Shown in pieces: positions 1 to 11,884 of a stretch of DNA of 64,000 bases. Origin of the DNA: Chrysomallon squamiferum. Taxonomy: Eukaryota > Animalia > Mollusca. The stretch's first letter is position 1; each line of letters begins with the position of its first letter. Where the stretch lies: contig CM022667.1 of the NCBI GenBank assembly GCA_012295275.1, positions 2,604,001-2,668,000 on the forward strand, given 5' to 3'. The position numbers and the translations under genes were made by a program. The notes under the pieces were generated by a model, which had not been told where the DNA came from, ran no database searches, and worked only from the letters and a program-made list of their open reading frames with translations.

Positions 1-867
1 TCACCTCTGTATCTAAATAAACCCGCTTTGAACTCTTTCCCTTTCATGCGAATGCCGGGTTTTCCCGTTCCAGCCACAGCTTTGACGACTGGTATGTATT
101 AAATGTCTGAAAAATGCAAAAGTCTAAGAAATCCCGAATTAACTAAACTTTAAGTAAACTTTACCGAAAGATTAAACTTTAATGCACATGACTTTAGGAT
201 AACAATCTAAGAACAATATACAGACACAAAAACAATGTTAACAAATGCCATAGTATATTTAAAGACAAATGTACGGTAGAAAAATGTAGGGTAGGTTGTG
301 TGATAAATTTGTAAAGTTATGATCACTATGGGTACACTGGTAAAATGTGCTCTTACCTTGATGGAAAATGAGTTGAGAGGGGGGTTGCCATGACCGTATA
401 ATGCAATTCAAAATAATTCAATAGTACCTAGTTTAATGTGGGAAATGGCTGTAAGATTTCATTTTGTGAGGGTCAATTGTATTTATATTCACTCGCGCGC
501 TCACACACACGCGCACACGCACACACACATGATGAATGGTGATGAAACCAACAGAAAAGTAAAATACCTGAGTCAGAAATATTTGCCGGAAAAGCGTTCA
601 TTAGAATATCGTATACTAACAGAATGATTATAGCTTATGACAAAAAAGAATAATAAATAACAAAAATAAAAATCTAAGTCTGATTATCTTTATTTTATTT
701 TAGAGGTCTGTTTATTGTTTTTCTTCCATTCTTTTTCTTTCTTTTTTTTCTTTTATATATATATATATTTTTTTTTTTTCTTAATTTCTTAATATATTTT
801 TAATATTTTTCTTCTGTCAATTGTCGGGTATCTTGGCGTCATCTTCGGTTAAGAATTATTCAGTTGT

Positions 868-1185
868 TTAGAATCCACACCAGAAAGGCTTGCTTCCGAT
901 CCGTGTTCCGTAGCACTGGCACTGGTAAGGTCTCCTTGCAATAGGACAGTTTGATTTTGACAGACGACATGTACCACTTCGGTAACCTTTGCATCGGCAA
1001 CGCTGAGGGCATGACTGCCAGAGCCAGCCTGTTCCGCCTCTACTCCAACCGGAACATCTACTCCATGCGGTCCAACACTCGCTGACAAATCGAGGGCTTT
1101 CGTTAGACTTCGCCACGGACACGTCTGCCAGCAAAACCAAAACGAGGATCCCCACTAGAATACTAACATTGGGCAGGGACGCCAT
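868..1185 (-). CDS. Macin-family (theromacin/neuromacin/hydramacin/mytimacin-like) secreted antimicrobial peptide precursor, 105 aa
   Basis: ATG at 1185 gives MASLPNVSILVGILVLVLLADVSVA (signal peptide), a short spacer, then ECWTAWSRCSGWSRGGTGWLWQSCPQRCRCKGYRSGTCRLSKSNCPIARRPYQCQCYGTRIGSKPFWCGF. It has the CxxxWSRCS...TGxLWxxC and QCxC motifs and 10 Cys, as in theromacin-type macins. The upstream part of the listed ORF is intron (polypyrimidine + AG acceptor at 1210-1209). Confidence 0.92.
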   Translation of the reverse strand: MASLPNVSILVGILVLVLLADVSVAKSNESPRFVSECWTAWSRCSGWSRGGTGWLWQSCPQRCRCKGYRSGTCRLSKSNCPIARRPYQCQCYGTRIGSKPFWCGF

Positions 1186-1736
1186 TGTTATCCAACTGTT
1201 ACTAAGATCTAAAAATAAAATAAAACAAAACAAAATAATTAGATTAACTATAAAAAAAAAATAATAATAATTGTAGAAATAATGATGATGATGATGATGG
1301 TAATACTAATAATAAATAAACAAATACATTTTTTTTTTTTTTTTTTTTTTAAAAATGAAACAAAATCAGATATCTTATGATATAATTATACTGTGTACTT
1401 TGGAAAGTTTTGGTCTGTACTCATAAGATATAGAACTGTAGTTCTCAACCTTATGTGGGGCCATATCCCACCTCAGTCCCTATGAGATTTTGATGCAATG
1501 TTCTGCAAACATTTAGAACATGTTCAGTTGTCATAAGGTCGTAACAATGGATATATTTCAAAAAAGAAAACAAATTTTACTTAATAATTTTTCTTATTCT
1601 GTGTGGCAGGATTTCTTGACCATCTAAAACTAACGGATTCATAAAAAAAAAAATCTTAATACTCGCTATATACTGAAATTACACCAGTGTGGGGTGTAGG
1701 TCCCATGTTGGCAGTCCTGCTATAGAAATAATAGAA

Positions 1737-1842
1737 GCAGATGACTTACCTGTAACTTACGTAGGTATTATAGATGACTTACCTGTAACTTTCGTAGGTA
1801 TTGTAGATGATTTATCTGTGATTGACATCGTGTTTTTATAGA
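1737..1842 (-). promoter_or_regulatory. Putative macin promoter and short non-coding first exon
   Basis: TATAAAAA on the minus strand at ~1833-1840. It is followed by a ~32-bp tandem repeat (x3) containing CAG|GTAAGT donor matches at 1782 and 1750, which would pair with the acceptor at 1209. Confidence 0.5.
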
Positions 1843-2004
1843 CAGAATGTGTAATTCTTTCACCTTCGTAGTTTTTGATAAAATCAGATTTCGTGTGATG
1901 CTCTCAGTGAGTAGGTGTGTTTGTCACCTTTGTTATGCGGATCAATAAGAAGTAACGTGTTGGATTTCAACTGGGGGTATCTGGTAAACTGATGTTATCT
2001 GTCC

Positions 2005-2109
<105 letters not shown>

Positions 2110-3532
2110 AAGAGAGAGAGATAGATACACAAACAGATAAAAACGTAGACATACACACACTATGTACACAAGGCAGCAAGAATCCATATTTCAGGTTTAG
2201 TTTAGAAACACTCACGCTGTTGCTTTCGTAACATTGTTTCCTAATAAAATATTCATATATTCTTTCATTCTCTCTGTTCGAATAAGTATGTAATAAAAAA
2301 TTACTTTGAATAAGTTGAAATTGTGTAATGTACATGACTGTGTATGTATTCTGCGGTTCAGTGTATCATGAAATATGATCGGTTGTGAAAAAGAAAAATG
2401 AAATGTGAATAAAACAGCGAATGAAATGCGCTTTTAAAAACATGTAATCTTGAAAATGTAATATTACAGGCACACACGCACACAGAGACACACACACAAT
2501 CCTTGTTTCGCCGTTCGTTACGGGTGTTAACCGTAACTCAACCAATTCGATCATCGCTAAAGGTCACAAACAACATAATGTTTCTATTGCCAGGATGCAC
2601 ACTCTATTAAAAACAGGATTTGTCACAGACATTTTGTTCAAACTGACAACATATTTCGAGTAACAGATGGTAACAGTCACAAATGGGTTATTCAAAGCAC
2701 CTTAGCAGCTTTACTAAAACAGCGTGGTAAAAAAAAAAAAAAAAAAAAAAAAAACAATAAATAAATAATAATAAAAAATAAAAAAATAAAAAAAAAAATA
2801 AAAAAAATGAAAAAACAACAAAAAGCAAAAATAAGCAAAAAAACAACAAAAAAAAAAATAAAAACCAAAAAAATAAGCAAGCAAAAAGAAAAAAAAAGAG
2901 AAAAAGGAACAGATAATAACATTAAATTTTATATGTATGTAAAATCTATCTATCTATCTATCTATATCTTATCTATATATATATATAAAATATATATACA
3001 CATATTCATATATATATATAGTAGATAGATGAAGTACTCATGTGGATACATACAAATATGCATATACAGCTCAAATGAACAGAAGATACATATATATATA
3101 AATATATATATTTTGTATCTTTATATACATAAACACCTATATACATACAGATAAACCATCAGAATAAATAGAGTGCATATAATAATAAACGAAACTTACG
3201 TTTAGAAAATATTATCGTGAATCGAGCGTTATATTTGTCTATTTTTTCTCTTACTAATTATTTAAATGTATTCAGTGTTTATTATTTCATTGCAATTAAT
3301 TTGTTTGAATATTTTATTATCACAGTTATTTAATATTTTACGAGGTGGAACATGGGGACTAGAAACAACAGCCAAAAGTCATGAAGTGTTTTTTCTATAA
3401 GGGGAAGTAATTCTGGATATGATACTTCCTTTGACCTGAAAGTTAAAAGTAACAGACAACGAAATTTTGTTGTGAAATTCAGCAATCTGTTACATGCTGT
3501 TGATATAATATTTATTAACTGCATATTTTGAG

Positions 3533-4511
3533 ATGGCGGCCATTTTGAAGAACTGGAGAGAGGCTGCTACTCTAATTCTAGTGACAAGGAAATCGACTAC
3601 AGATTTTAGACGCGCATCATTTCCCCAGTCGATAGCCAAAACAAGAGGAGATAACTTCGATATTCTTATGTTAAAACGGAGTAGCGAGAGTACTTTCATG
3701 CCAAATGCTTACGTGTTTCCAGGAGGAGTTGCTGATGATGCCGATTTTTCCGCGGAATGGCTCGATGTGTTCCATGCCGTCGGAAAAGAAATGACGTCTG
3801 TTTTATTCGAGTTTGTTACAAAAAGACCAACATACCCGATGTTCAGTCGCATACGAGATCCAATGTTTTCAAGCATACCTTCCGAAATCGCAATGCGAAT
3901 TTGCGCCATCAGAGAAACATTTGAAGAATCGGGTGTTTTATTAGTTAGACCTGTATCAGAAATGAAAAAGCTGCCCCCCACGTTTGGAACTCAAAGAGCT
4001 GAGTGGGGATCGGTGTGCAGTGATACGGACGTCATAGACAAATGGCGTCATCGTATTGACAAAGATGCTAGTAAGTTTTTGACTATGTGCAAAGAATTAA
4101 GTGTCGTTCCAGACGTTTGGTCGTTGTTCGATTGGTCCAACTGGTTGACTCCCGTTAGGCTGCTTTCCAAACGATTCGACACAGCATTTTTCACTTGTTG
4201 TATTCCAGAAAGAATAGCTGTAGCAGAAGATAAAGGAGAAACAGTGCACGCGCAGGTAACCCACACGTAGTTTAGCTAAACACGCACTGGATTAACACAC
4301 GCACATGCATACTTACGCACATATGAGCACACTGAAAAAGGAAAATAGACATTTATCTACCACTATTATTATAATCCATAAATATTACTGACTAAAAAAA
4401 ACTTTTTTTTTTTTTTTTACCAATGTTAAAGTTGGCCTACAAATTCAAACTATTTTGAAACGGATTTATTTTACATAATAAAGATACATCAGTGGTTTCC
4501 ATAATTTATTT

Positions 4512-4566
<55 letters not shown>

Positions 4567-5671
4567 TTTATTTTTAACATCTATTTTAACATCTGTTATT
4601 ATTTAAAGTTGCTTTAGACAGATATCTCTGCCACATGTTCGTGTTGTTCCTTCATTCGTTCATCAATTCACTCATTCACGTAACTCTTTAATTTCTTGGT
4701 ATTTCGTTAGTGGATCACCCCGCTGCAAATTCTGCACGAATATGAAAACAGCGCAGCTCAGCTTGCCCCTCCACAGCTTTACACATTGTTCGTCCTTTCC
4801 AATTTCGCTAATGTCGACGACCTTCGTGACGTTGTATTTCGCGGGTTGCCATGGCATTCGAAAAGATGGCTTCCAGTAAAAGCAGTTTGCGATGACGGCT
4901 TTCTGATGTTGATGCCCGGTAACTAAACTATGTTTATATTATGTTATATTAATGGCGAATAATCATTATTTGTTTTTAATTTTAATTTAATTATAATTTA
5001 AATTTAAATTTAATTTTAATTTTAATTTTAATTTTAATTTTAATTTTAATTTTAATTTTAATTTTAATTTACTACTACTACCAGCAATGTTGTTGCTACT
5101 ACTACTACTGCTGCTGCTGCTACTAGTATTACTATTGCTACTACCACTACTACCAGTGTTGGTGCTGGTACTAATTTTGCTGCTGTTTATATTACTACAA
5201 CTTTAATTATCTTTTTTTGTTTTTGTGTTTTTCCTTTTTTCCCCCCTTAAATCTCTTACTCTATTCTGTCTCTATGTCTCTCTCTTTTCTCTCTGTACTC
5301 TTTCTCACCCGGAACTCATTTGATCAGTAGTCATGCATGTAGGCAAAACAGGTGCATAATTTTGCTTACTTAGAACTCGTCAAAAAAACAACAACAACAA
5401 CAACAATGTTCTCTTATTTAATACAGGTGATGATCTCTACCCTGAAAACGTTGATGTGGAAGGAGTTGGAAGTAAAACACTGACACTTCCCGGAACAATA
5501 GAGGACCAGAGAGAGAAAACCAACAACCACAACAGAGCAGAAATCCGCGTTGACTTGCAGAAAGGAGCTAAATACCATTTACTCTGTAACCTGGAGTACG
5601 GAGATCGACGTCTGCTTCCATTAAAACTGACAGACGTTTCAAAAACACAGACCACGGGTTCAAAGCTTTAA
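3533..5671 (+). CDS. NUDT19: Acyl-CoA diphosphatase NUDT19 (Nudix hydrolase 19), isoform A, ~391 aa, peroxisomal (C-terminal SKL)
   Basis: Exons 3533-4255 (phase 0), 4711-4918 (phase 1) and 5427-5671, all GT-AG and in frame. Motifs: WREAATLIL, MLKRS..STFMPNAYVFPGG, split Nudix box AIRETFEESG, WSNWLTP...RFDTAFF, W.TP...LAPPQLY, PGDDLYP. The protein ends TGSKL*. Confidence 0.93.
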
Positions 5672-6524
5672 AAATGGCTACAGTGAAGTCCTTTTTGTAA
5701 AATGTACGAACACGATGATGCCAGTGATTTTCTTTGTATACTAATTTGAATTAAATGATAGTCATAAAATTATAGGCAAAGTATTGCCAAGAATGAATGC
5801 AAAAATACAAATTATAAAATTCAAATGTAAGTAAATGTATCGTACAGAGATAGTAATGTGAATAACAACAACAACATACTGACGTTATCCTTTGTGACGT
5901 CAGACTGTTGTAGTCGTTGACTTTCATACATGTAAGTGTGTGTGTGTGTATGTGTGTCTTTGTGTTTGTGTGCATGGGTGTATTTGTATATCTAATACAA
6001 AAATTACAGAACTTTGGTTTATCGTCTTATGTAATTGACATAATAAATTGTTCTTCAAAACAGGTTTACACAATACTCACTTATCATTGTTATTTGTTTG
6101 ACATTATAAGATTTGTTAAAAAAAAAAAAAATAAAATAAATACTAAAAATAATATAAAATTTTTTTTTTTTTAAAAATCCAGTTTACTTACATATACGAA
6201 TTATTTCAATAAAACATAATTTTTGTTGTTCACTATTTTTGTTGTTTTGATGTTTGTTGAACAATGCCTCTTAAAAAGACTGATTATCTGTAAGTGAAGT
6301 CCATGGTACCGATGAATATTGTTGGTCTATAACAGTCGTAAGAACTACTACCCTCTAATAATAATCTCTAGTACTGAGATTTATGCAAATACATATTCTA
6401 TTCATCTAACTTAGAGACTGGCGTCCATAAAGACACAATCTATTATTTAGATATATTTACAGAGAAGAAACCCGATGTTGCGACTCGCATGTTACGGACA
6501 ATAATAATAATAATAATAATAATA

Positions 6525-6573
<49 letters not shown>

Positions 6574-7207
6574 CGATGATGATGATGATGATGATGATAA
6601 TAATAATAGTAATAATAAATAAATAAATAGATAAATTTTTAAAAAAATCATGAAGAATTCGTAGCCTTTGATAATCAAGCTTCAGAGAATACTGTGGAAG
6701 GACAAATCACTAAAGAAGATAGCAGTATATCAGACAAGCGTTTTGCCAGCCTGTACTGAACATCTGTTAGGCCATTAAAAATAAATGACAACTTTGCTGA
6801 CCAGAACTAACTGTTCAGCTGAGGAAAATATCCATTTATTTATTACACTGGACGTCATTAAGATGATAAAAAATATTTATTCATTCATTCAGTTTTTTTT
6901 TTTTAATGGAAATGACATTGCTGATATTGTTTGCAAAGTTACGCCCGAAAACGTTTATTCGAAACATTTGAAATAACGCCCGCCTGTCACTTATAATAAA
7001 ACGGGTACCTCACTTAGCAAAAACAGTCAGAACAACAAAACACGGTTTTTATTTCATTTTCTGTAGACTTTTCTAAAGATACGTCAATAGTCACATGACT
7101 GAATCCAGCGAATCAGCGATCGTACTGTACACATATTAAATTAGACAGTTTTTAATTTTTTTTTAATTTTTTTTTTATAAATATTAATGTTAATTTATTT
7201 ATTTTAG

Positions 7208-8009
7208 TGGTTATCGCCCGATCTAACCATCTCCTCGTGGCAAAATGACCACATCAGATTGGTTGCTCCTCAGTTGTATGAACTGTCACGACTTCTCAAT
7301 TTCGATGACGTGAACATGGTGAAGACATTCCTCTTCAACAACTGCTACAACACCACAGAACGCTGGACTGGAGTCTTCTGCGACTGTAAAGACTTCCGAC
7401 TACAACTACTACCAGGTTATTGTTTTTAGTGTGTATGCGTGTTTACGTGCGTACGTTTGTTTGTGTTATTTAAATTTTGATGAAGACATAAATATTAAAA
7501 TTGTTGCCTTGCTGCAGTACAAAAATATTCTTCTAATATTATTTAAAATAAGAGTTTTAGTTTATGATGCAGAACAGAGATAAAGATAAAGTATGAGGCC
7601 ATTTGCCATTCCTTCGTGTACTCATGTGACTCATTTTTGATAGAGGTTTGAAGATAGCTGAAGGTTTTTGATAGATGCCACATCTTTGTTATTTATTTCA
7701 TTCCATTTACTAAGAGTTAATATGTGTTTTATTGAAACCGTATTTTAATTTTACAGTCACAAGAACTAGAAGAAAAGTTTATCAAATTTAATGTTTACTT
7801 ATTTATAACAATTATTAAATACTTTATTTTATTAGACAAAAATGTTAGACAAAACATAAATAAAATAAAATAAAATAAAATAAAATAAAATATATATATA
7901 TATATACGTACGTACACACACATACACACATATATAACTTCATATAGAACTCATAGGCATGTAATAAACGTTTTATAATATATGTAATTACACACACACA
8001 TATACATAA

Positions 8010-8055
<46 letters not shown>

Positions 8056-8330
8056 AACGACTACCTTGGTATTTATTTATTTATTTATTTATTTTTCCAG
8101 GGGACAGCCTCTACCCAGATGATGTTGATCTTACCAAAGAAGCCGCTGTTGGCCGAATCGAAACACTTAAAGAATTAGAGACGAAGTTCACACACACAAA
8201 CAGACTCGTCTACACTCTACAACCAGAACACGGACGTCTCTTGGCTATTCGCTGTAACATAAACATCCCCAATCACGTGACTCCAATCAGTATTAACATA
8301 AACAACTTCAAAATTGCACAGACCACATAA
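7208..8330 (+). CDS. NUDT19: Second, diverged NUDT19 exon 2 + exon 3 cassette (alternative C-terminal half, no SKL; ~386 aa if spliced to exon 3533-4255)
   Basis: Exon 7208-7415 has the same length (208 nt) and phases as 4711-4918: WLSPDLTISSWQNDHIRLVAPQLYELSRLLNFDDVNMVKTFLFNNCYNTTERWTGVFCDCKDFRLQLLPG. Exon 8101-8330 reads DSLYPDDVDLTKEAAVGRIETLKELETKFTHTNRLVYTLQPEHGRLLAIRCNINIPNHVTPISININNFKIAQTT*. Splice sites are canonical and there are no stops. No second exon 1 is visible between 5672 and 7207. Confidence 0.8.
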
Positions 8331-9210
8331 AAATGTAGCGCTGAACAACATTATCAATCGGGTTTTTGATATTTTGTAAAAACTTTTCTCTCCTTTCTTC
8401 TTCTTCTTCTTTTTTTTTTTTTTTCCATTATTATTATTATTTTTTGGCTTTATCTAAAATTTTAAACCCGTCATATTTTTGTTTTTAACCAGACAACGCC
8501 ATTTTTTTTTCACTACTGGTTCATCTCAAGTGTGGCGCCGCCATGTTTCGTTTAAGCAAACGAGTGAGAAAGTAACAGTGGAAGGGTGTCGCGCGTGCCT
8601 CGTGAAAAGCCAGCAGAGACTGCAGGTGCCCCGTACGTCGTTAAAAAGGGCATCTGCTGATATCTAAACGAAAGAGAACAAGTGAGCAGAACGCTTATCA
8701 TCCTAATACGTGCTCGATACAACGGACTCGTTATTTAGCTGTTTGAAAAAAATCCAGGCCATATTGATAACACAAAATACATGGGAAATTGTTTTCGCTA
8801 CACGAAAATTACAAGGCTGTCCATGTTGCCGATCTCTTTAACTCTTTAATCAACATTCTTTCCCGACATATCTAATTCACACGTATAACATGCATGCTAC
8901 AAAGATGATCCGATACAAAACCACACCCATATTAAATATATGGGTCCGTACACTTCAACAAGTATAGCAGCCCCCATCCACACCCACATACAGAAAATAT
9001 TGTGGACGTACAGAGATCGACCTAACCTATTTTCTTCCAATCATATACTCTAACTGATTTCTTGCATAATAGAGAGTTAGAGAATTTTACCATGAATTAT
9101 AATTTAAATATAATGTGATGCTTTTTGCACAGCTTTTTACACTATATTTTGACTAATTTGAATTTTGAATGTTTATATAGAAAATATTCATCATATTGGT
9201 ATATTTATCT

Positions 9211-9285
9211 TTGTTTGACACCCAATAGCCTAGAATATGTACTTTTAATTTGTGCTGGGGTGTCGTTAAACATTCGTTCATTCAA
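9211..9285 (+). mobile_element. Probable SINE 3'-tail remnant
   Basis: tttgacacccaatagcc...tgtgctggggtgtcgttaaacattcgttcattc ends in a (CATT)n-like tail, resembling tRNA-SINE tails. A looser match lies at ~19200-19262. Recognition is from memory and was not verified by a search. Confidence 0.35.
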
Positions 9286-9337
9286 TCATTTTTGCATAAT
9301 ATAGAATATAGAATATAGAAAAACAAGTTGCTGTGAA

Positions 9338-9421
<84 letters not shown>

Positions 9422-9481
9422 ATTATTATAACTGTTTGTTGTTTTTCCTTTCATTTATGTTAATGTTTTTATATAAGTCTA

Positions 9482-9625
9482 CTGTGACTGTAAAGATTTT
9501 TCGACTACAGCTACTACCAGGTTATTGTTTTTAGTGTGTGCGTGTATGTGCGTGCGTGCGTGCGTTTGTGTGTGTGTGTTGTTTAAATTTTTATGAAGAC
9601 ATAAATATTATAATTGTTGCCTTGC
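9482..9625 (+). pseudogene. Degenerate duplicate of the 3' end of NUDT19 exon 2B plus the start of the following intron
   Basis: ctgtgactgtaaagatttttcgactacagctactaccag|gttattgtttttagtgtgt...gaagacataaatatta.aattgttgccttgc closely matches 7378-7512. It has a 1-nt insertion and lacks the 5' part of the exon. Confidence 0.75.
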
Positions 9626-9839
9626 AATTGTTATTGTTATTTATTATTTATTGTGTAAATCAGTGCTTTTCTTTCTACGCAGTTTGGTTTAATACGCTCG
9701 TTATCAGAAGTAAAAGTAAAACGAGAAGGCGAATCAACGTCACAGTCTCGCCTGCTTGTAATCTCGTTTTGTCGGTCAAACACAGCTTGATATATTTACA
9801 CGATAGCCGAAACTGAAATGTTGAAATACACGTCTCTCT

Positions 9840-9882
9840 GGCACTACTACTACTTTCTACTACTACTACTACTACTACAACA

Positions 9883-9968
<86 letters not shown>

Positions 9969-10106
9969 AACTCTACTACTACTACTACAACAACAACTAC
10001 TACTACTACTACCACTACTACTACTACAATTACTACAACTTGTACTACTACTACAACTACTACTACTACAACAACTACTACTACAACAACTACTACTACT
10101 ACTACC

Positions 10107-10138
<32 letters not shown>

Positions 10139-10263
10139 AACTACTACTAACACTACTACTACTACTACTAAAACTACTACTACTACTACCACTACCACTA
10201 CTACTACTACAACTACTACAACTACTACTACAACTACTACTACTAACACTACTACTACTACTA

Positions 10264-10303
<40 letters not shown>

Positions 10304-10610
10304 CACTACCACTACCACTACTACTACTACCACTACTACTACAACTACTACAAGTACTACTACTACTACTACAACTACTACTACTACCACAACTACTACT
10401 ACAACAACTACTACTACCACTACTACTACTACAACTACTACTACTACTGTTACTGCTTCTGCTGCTGCTGTCGCTACTACTACTACCACTACTAATCTAC
10501 TACTAATACCAAAATAATAATATTGCTACTACTAACAACTACCGTCATTACTAGTACTTGTTATTACAACTACCACTACCATTACTATTACTACCTGCTA
10601 CCACCACTAG

Positions 10611-10690
<80 letters not shown>

Positions 10691-10710
10691 ACTACTACTA
10701 CTGCTACTGT
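9840..10710. repeat. Long imperfect (CTA)n trinucleotide microsatellite
   Basis: About 870 bp of cta/caa/cca triplets. It explains the poly-L/Y/T/V ORFs. Confidence 0.97.
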
Positions 10711-11133
10711 TATTACCATGTATTTCATGTTACAGTATTTCTGAATTTGAACTTTAAAAAGCAAATTAGTTTCAAAAGAGGAGTTTCAAAAGAGGAATAT
10801 TTTTTCATTACCATTTAAAACGACTCGCAGATTTTTATACGTCAACTTCACATTTTCTTGAGCAACACAAAATACGCGAAAGGAAAACAAAAAAATGCTC
10901 ATTTATATATAGGACGGCATTCTGATGAAATTACGCAGACGGTAGTTTGGTTTCAGTCAATCGTATGCAAAATAAAAATATGTTATTCTTTCTAAAGAAA
11001 TGTTAATATGTTAAGTAATTTGGTTGATGTATGTAATGGAAAGATATTCCTAGAAAAAAAAAATAAAGAAAACAAATAATTTCTGACTTTGCGTATTATA
11101 ACTGGCAAATTTTTATAGTACCCTGAAATTAAT

Positions 11134-11216
<83 letters not shown>

Positions 11217-11796
11217 TTAATATCTTAGCAAATGTCATAATTTGTTTTTTTAATTGGTTGCGGATAAAACGAAATAAACAAAACAAATAAATAAATAAAA
11301 TAAAATAATAAAAGATAAACGTACATATAACAACAACAACAGAAAAATGCTCTCCAAACTACACATTAATTAAATCGTGCTATAACAAGATAATAATTAT
11401 TTATGTGTATACCGAGTGAAAATGTGAAATAATCAGGATAATTAACAAACATATGAAAAAATAAACTAGAACTCGACATTCACAGAAGTAATAAAGCAAC
11501 CTAATTATTTGGCTTGTAGTTTAAAAAAAAAAAAAAACAACAAAAAAAAAAACAACATAATCTGTATATTCGTATAGCCTACATAAAAACTAATTACACA
11601 TATTTTTTATTTTTTATTTTTTTTTTTAAAAATGGGGCAAATATTACAAGAATGCGAGAAGAATGACCATCATGAACGGTTCCATTGTATTTGCTTAAAA
11701 CAAGGCCACTAAAGAAGAAGAAAATAAAATGCTGAAGGCGAAAGGTCAAACTGAGCGTCATCTGCCGCATTTAAATCTCAGAGCGCCAGCTTTGGC

Positions 11797-11836
11797 AGCC
11801 AATAAGGGCGTTGGAAGCGACGCGGGGTATATAAGA
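11797..11836 (+). promoter_or_regulatory. Aquaporin core promoter (CCAAT box + TATA box)
   Basis: gccaat at ~11798-11803 and gtatataag at ~11827-11835, about 55 nt before the first plausible ATG (11885). This implies the ORF-track start at 11729 is upstream of the transcript. Confidence 0.55.
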
Positions 11837-11884
11837 GTTAGTCGATTAGGGCCTGGGTTTTCTTGGCGTGTTTTCACAACGGTC

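Noticed and set aside
9818-10818. Poly-Leu/Tyr/Val/Thr ORFs
   Set aside because: Translations of the (CTA)n microsatellite.
11729-11884. 52-aa N-terminal extension of the aquaporin
   Set aside because: It overlaps CCAAT/TATA-like promoter elements and has no MIP similarity, so it is probably untranscribed or UTR.
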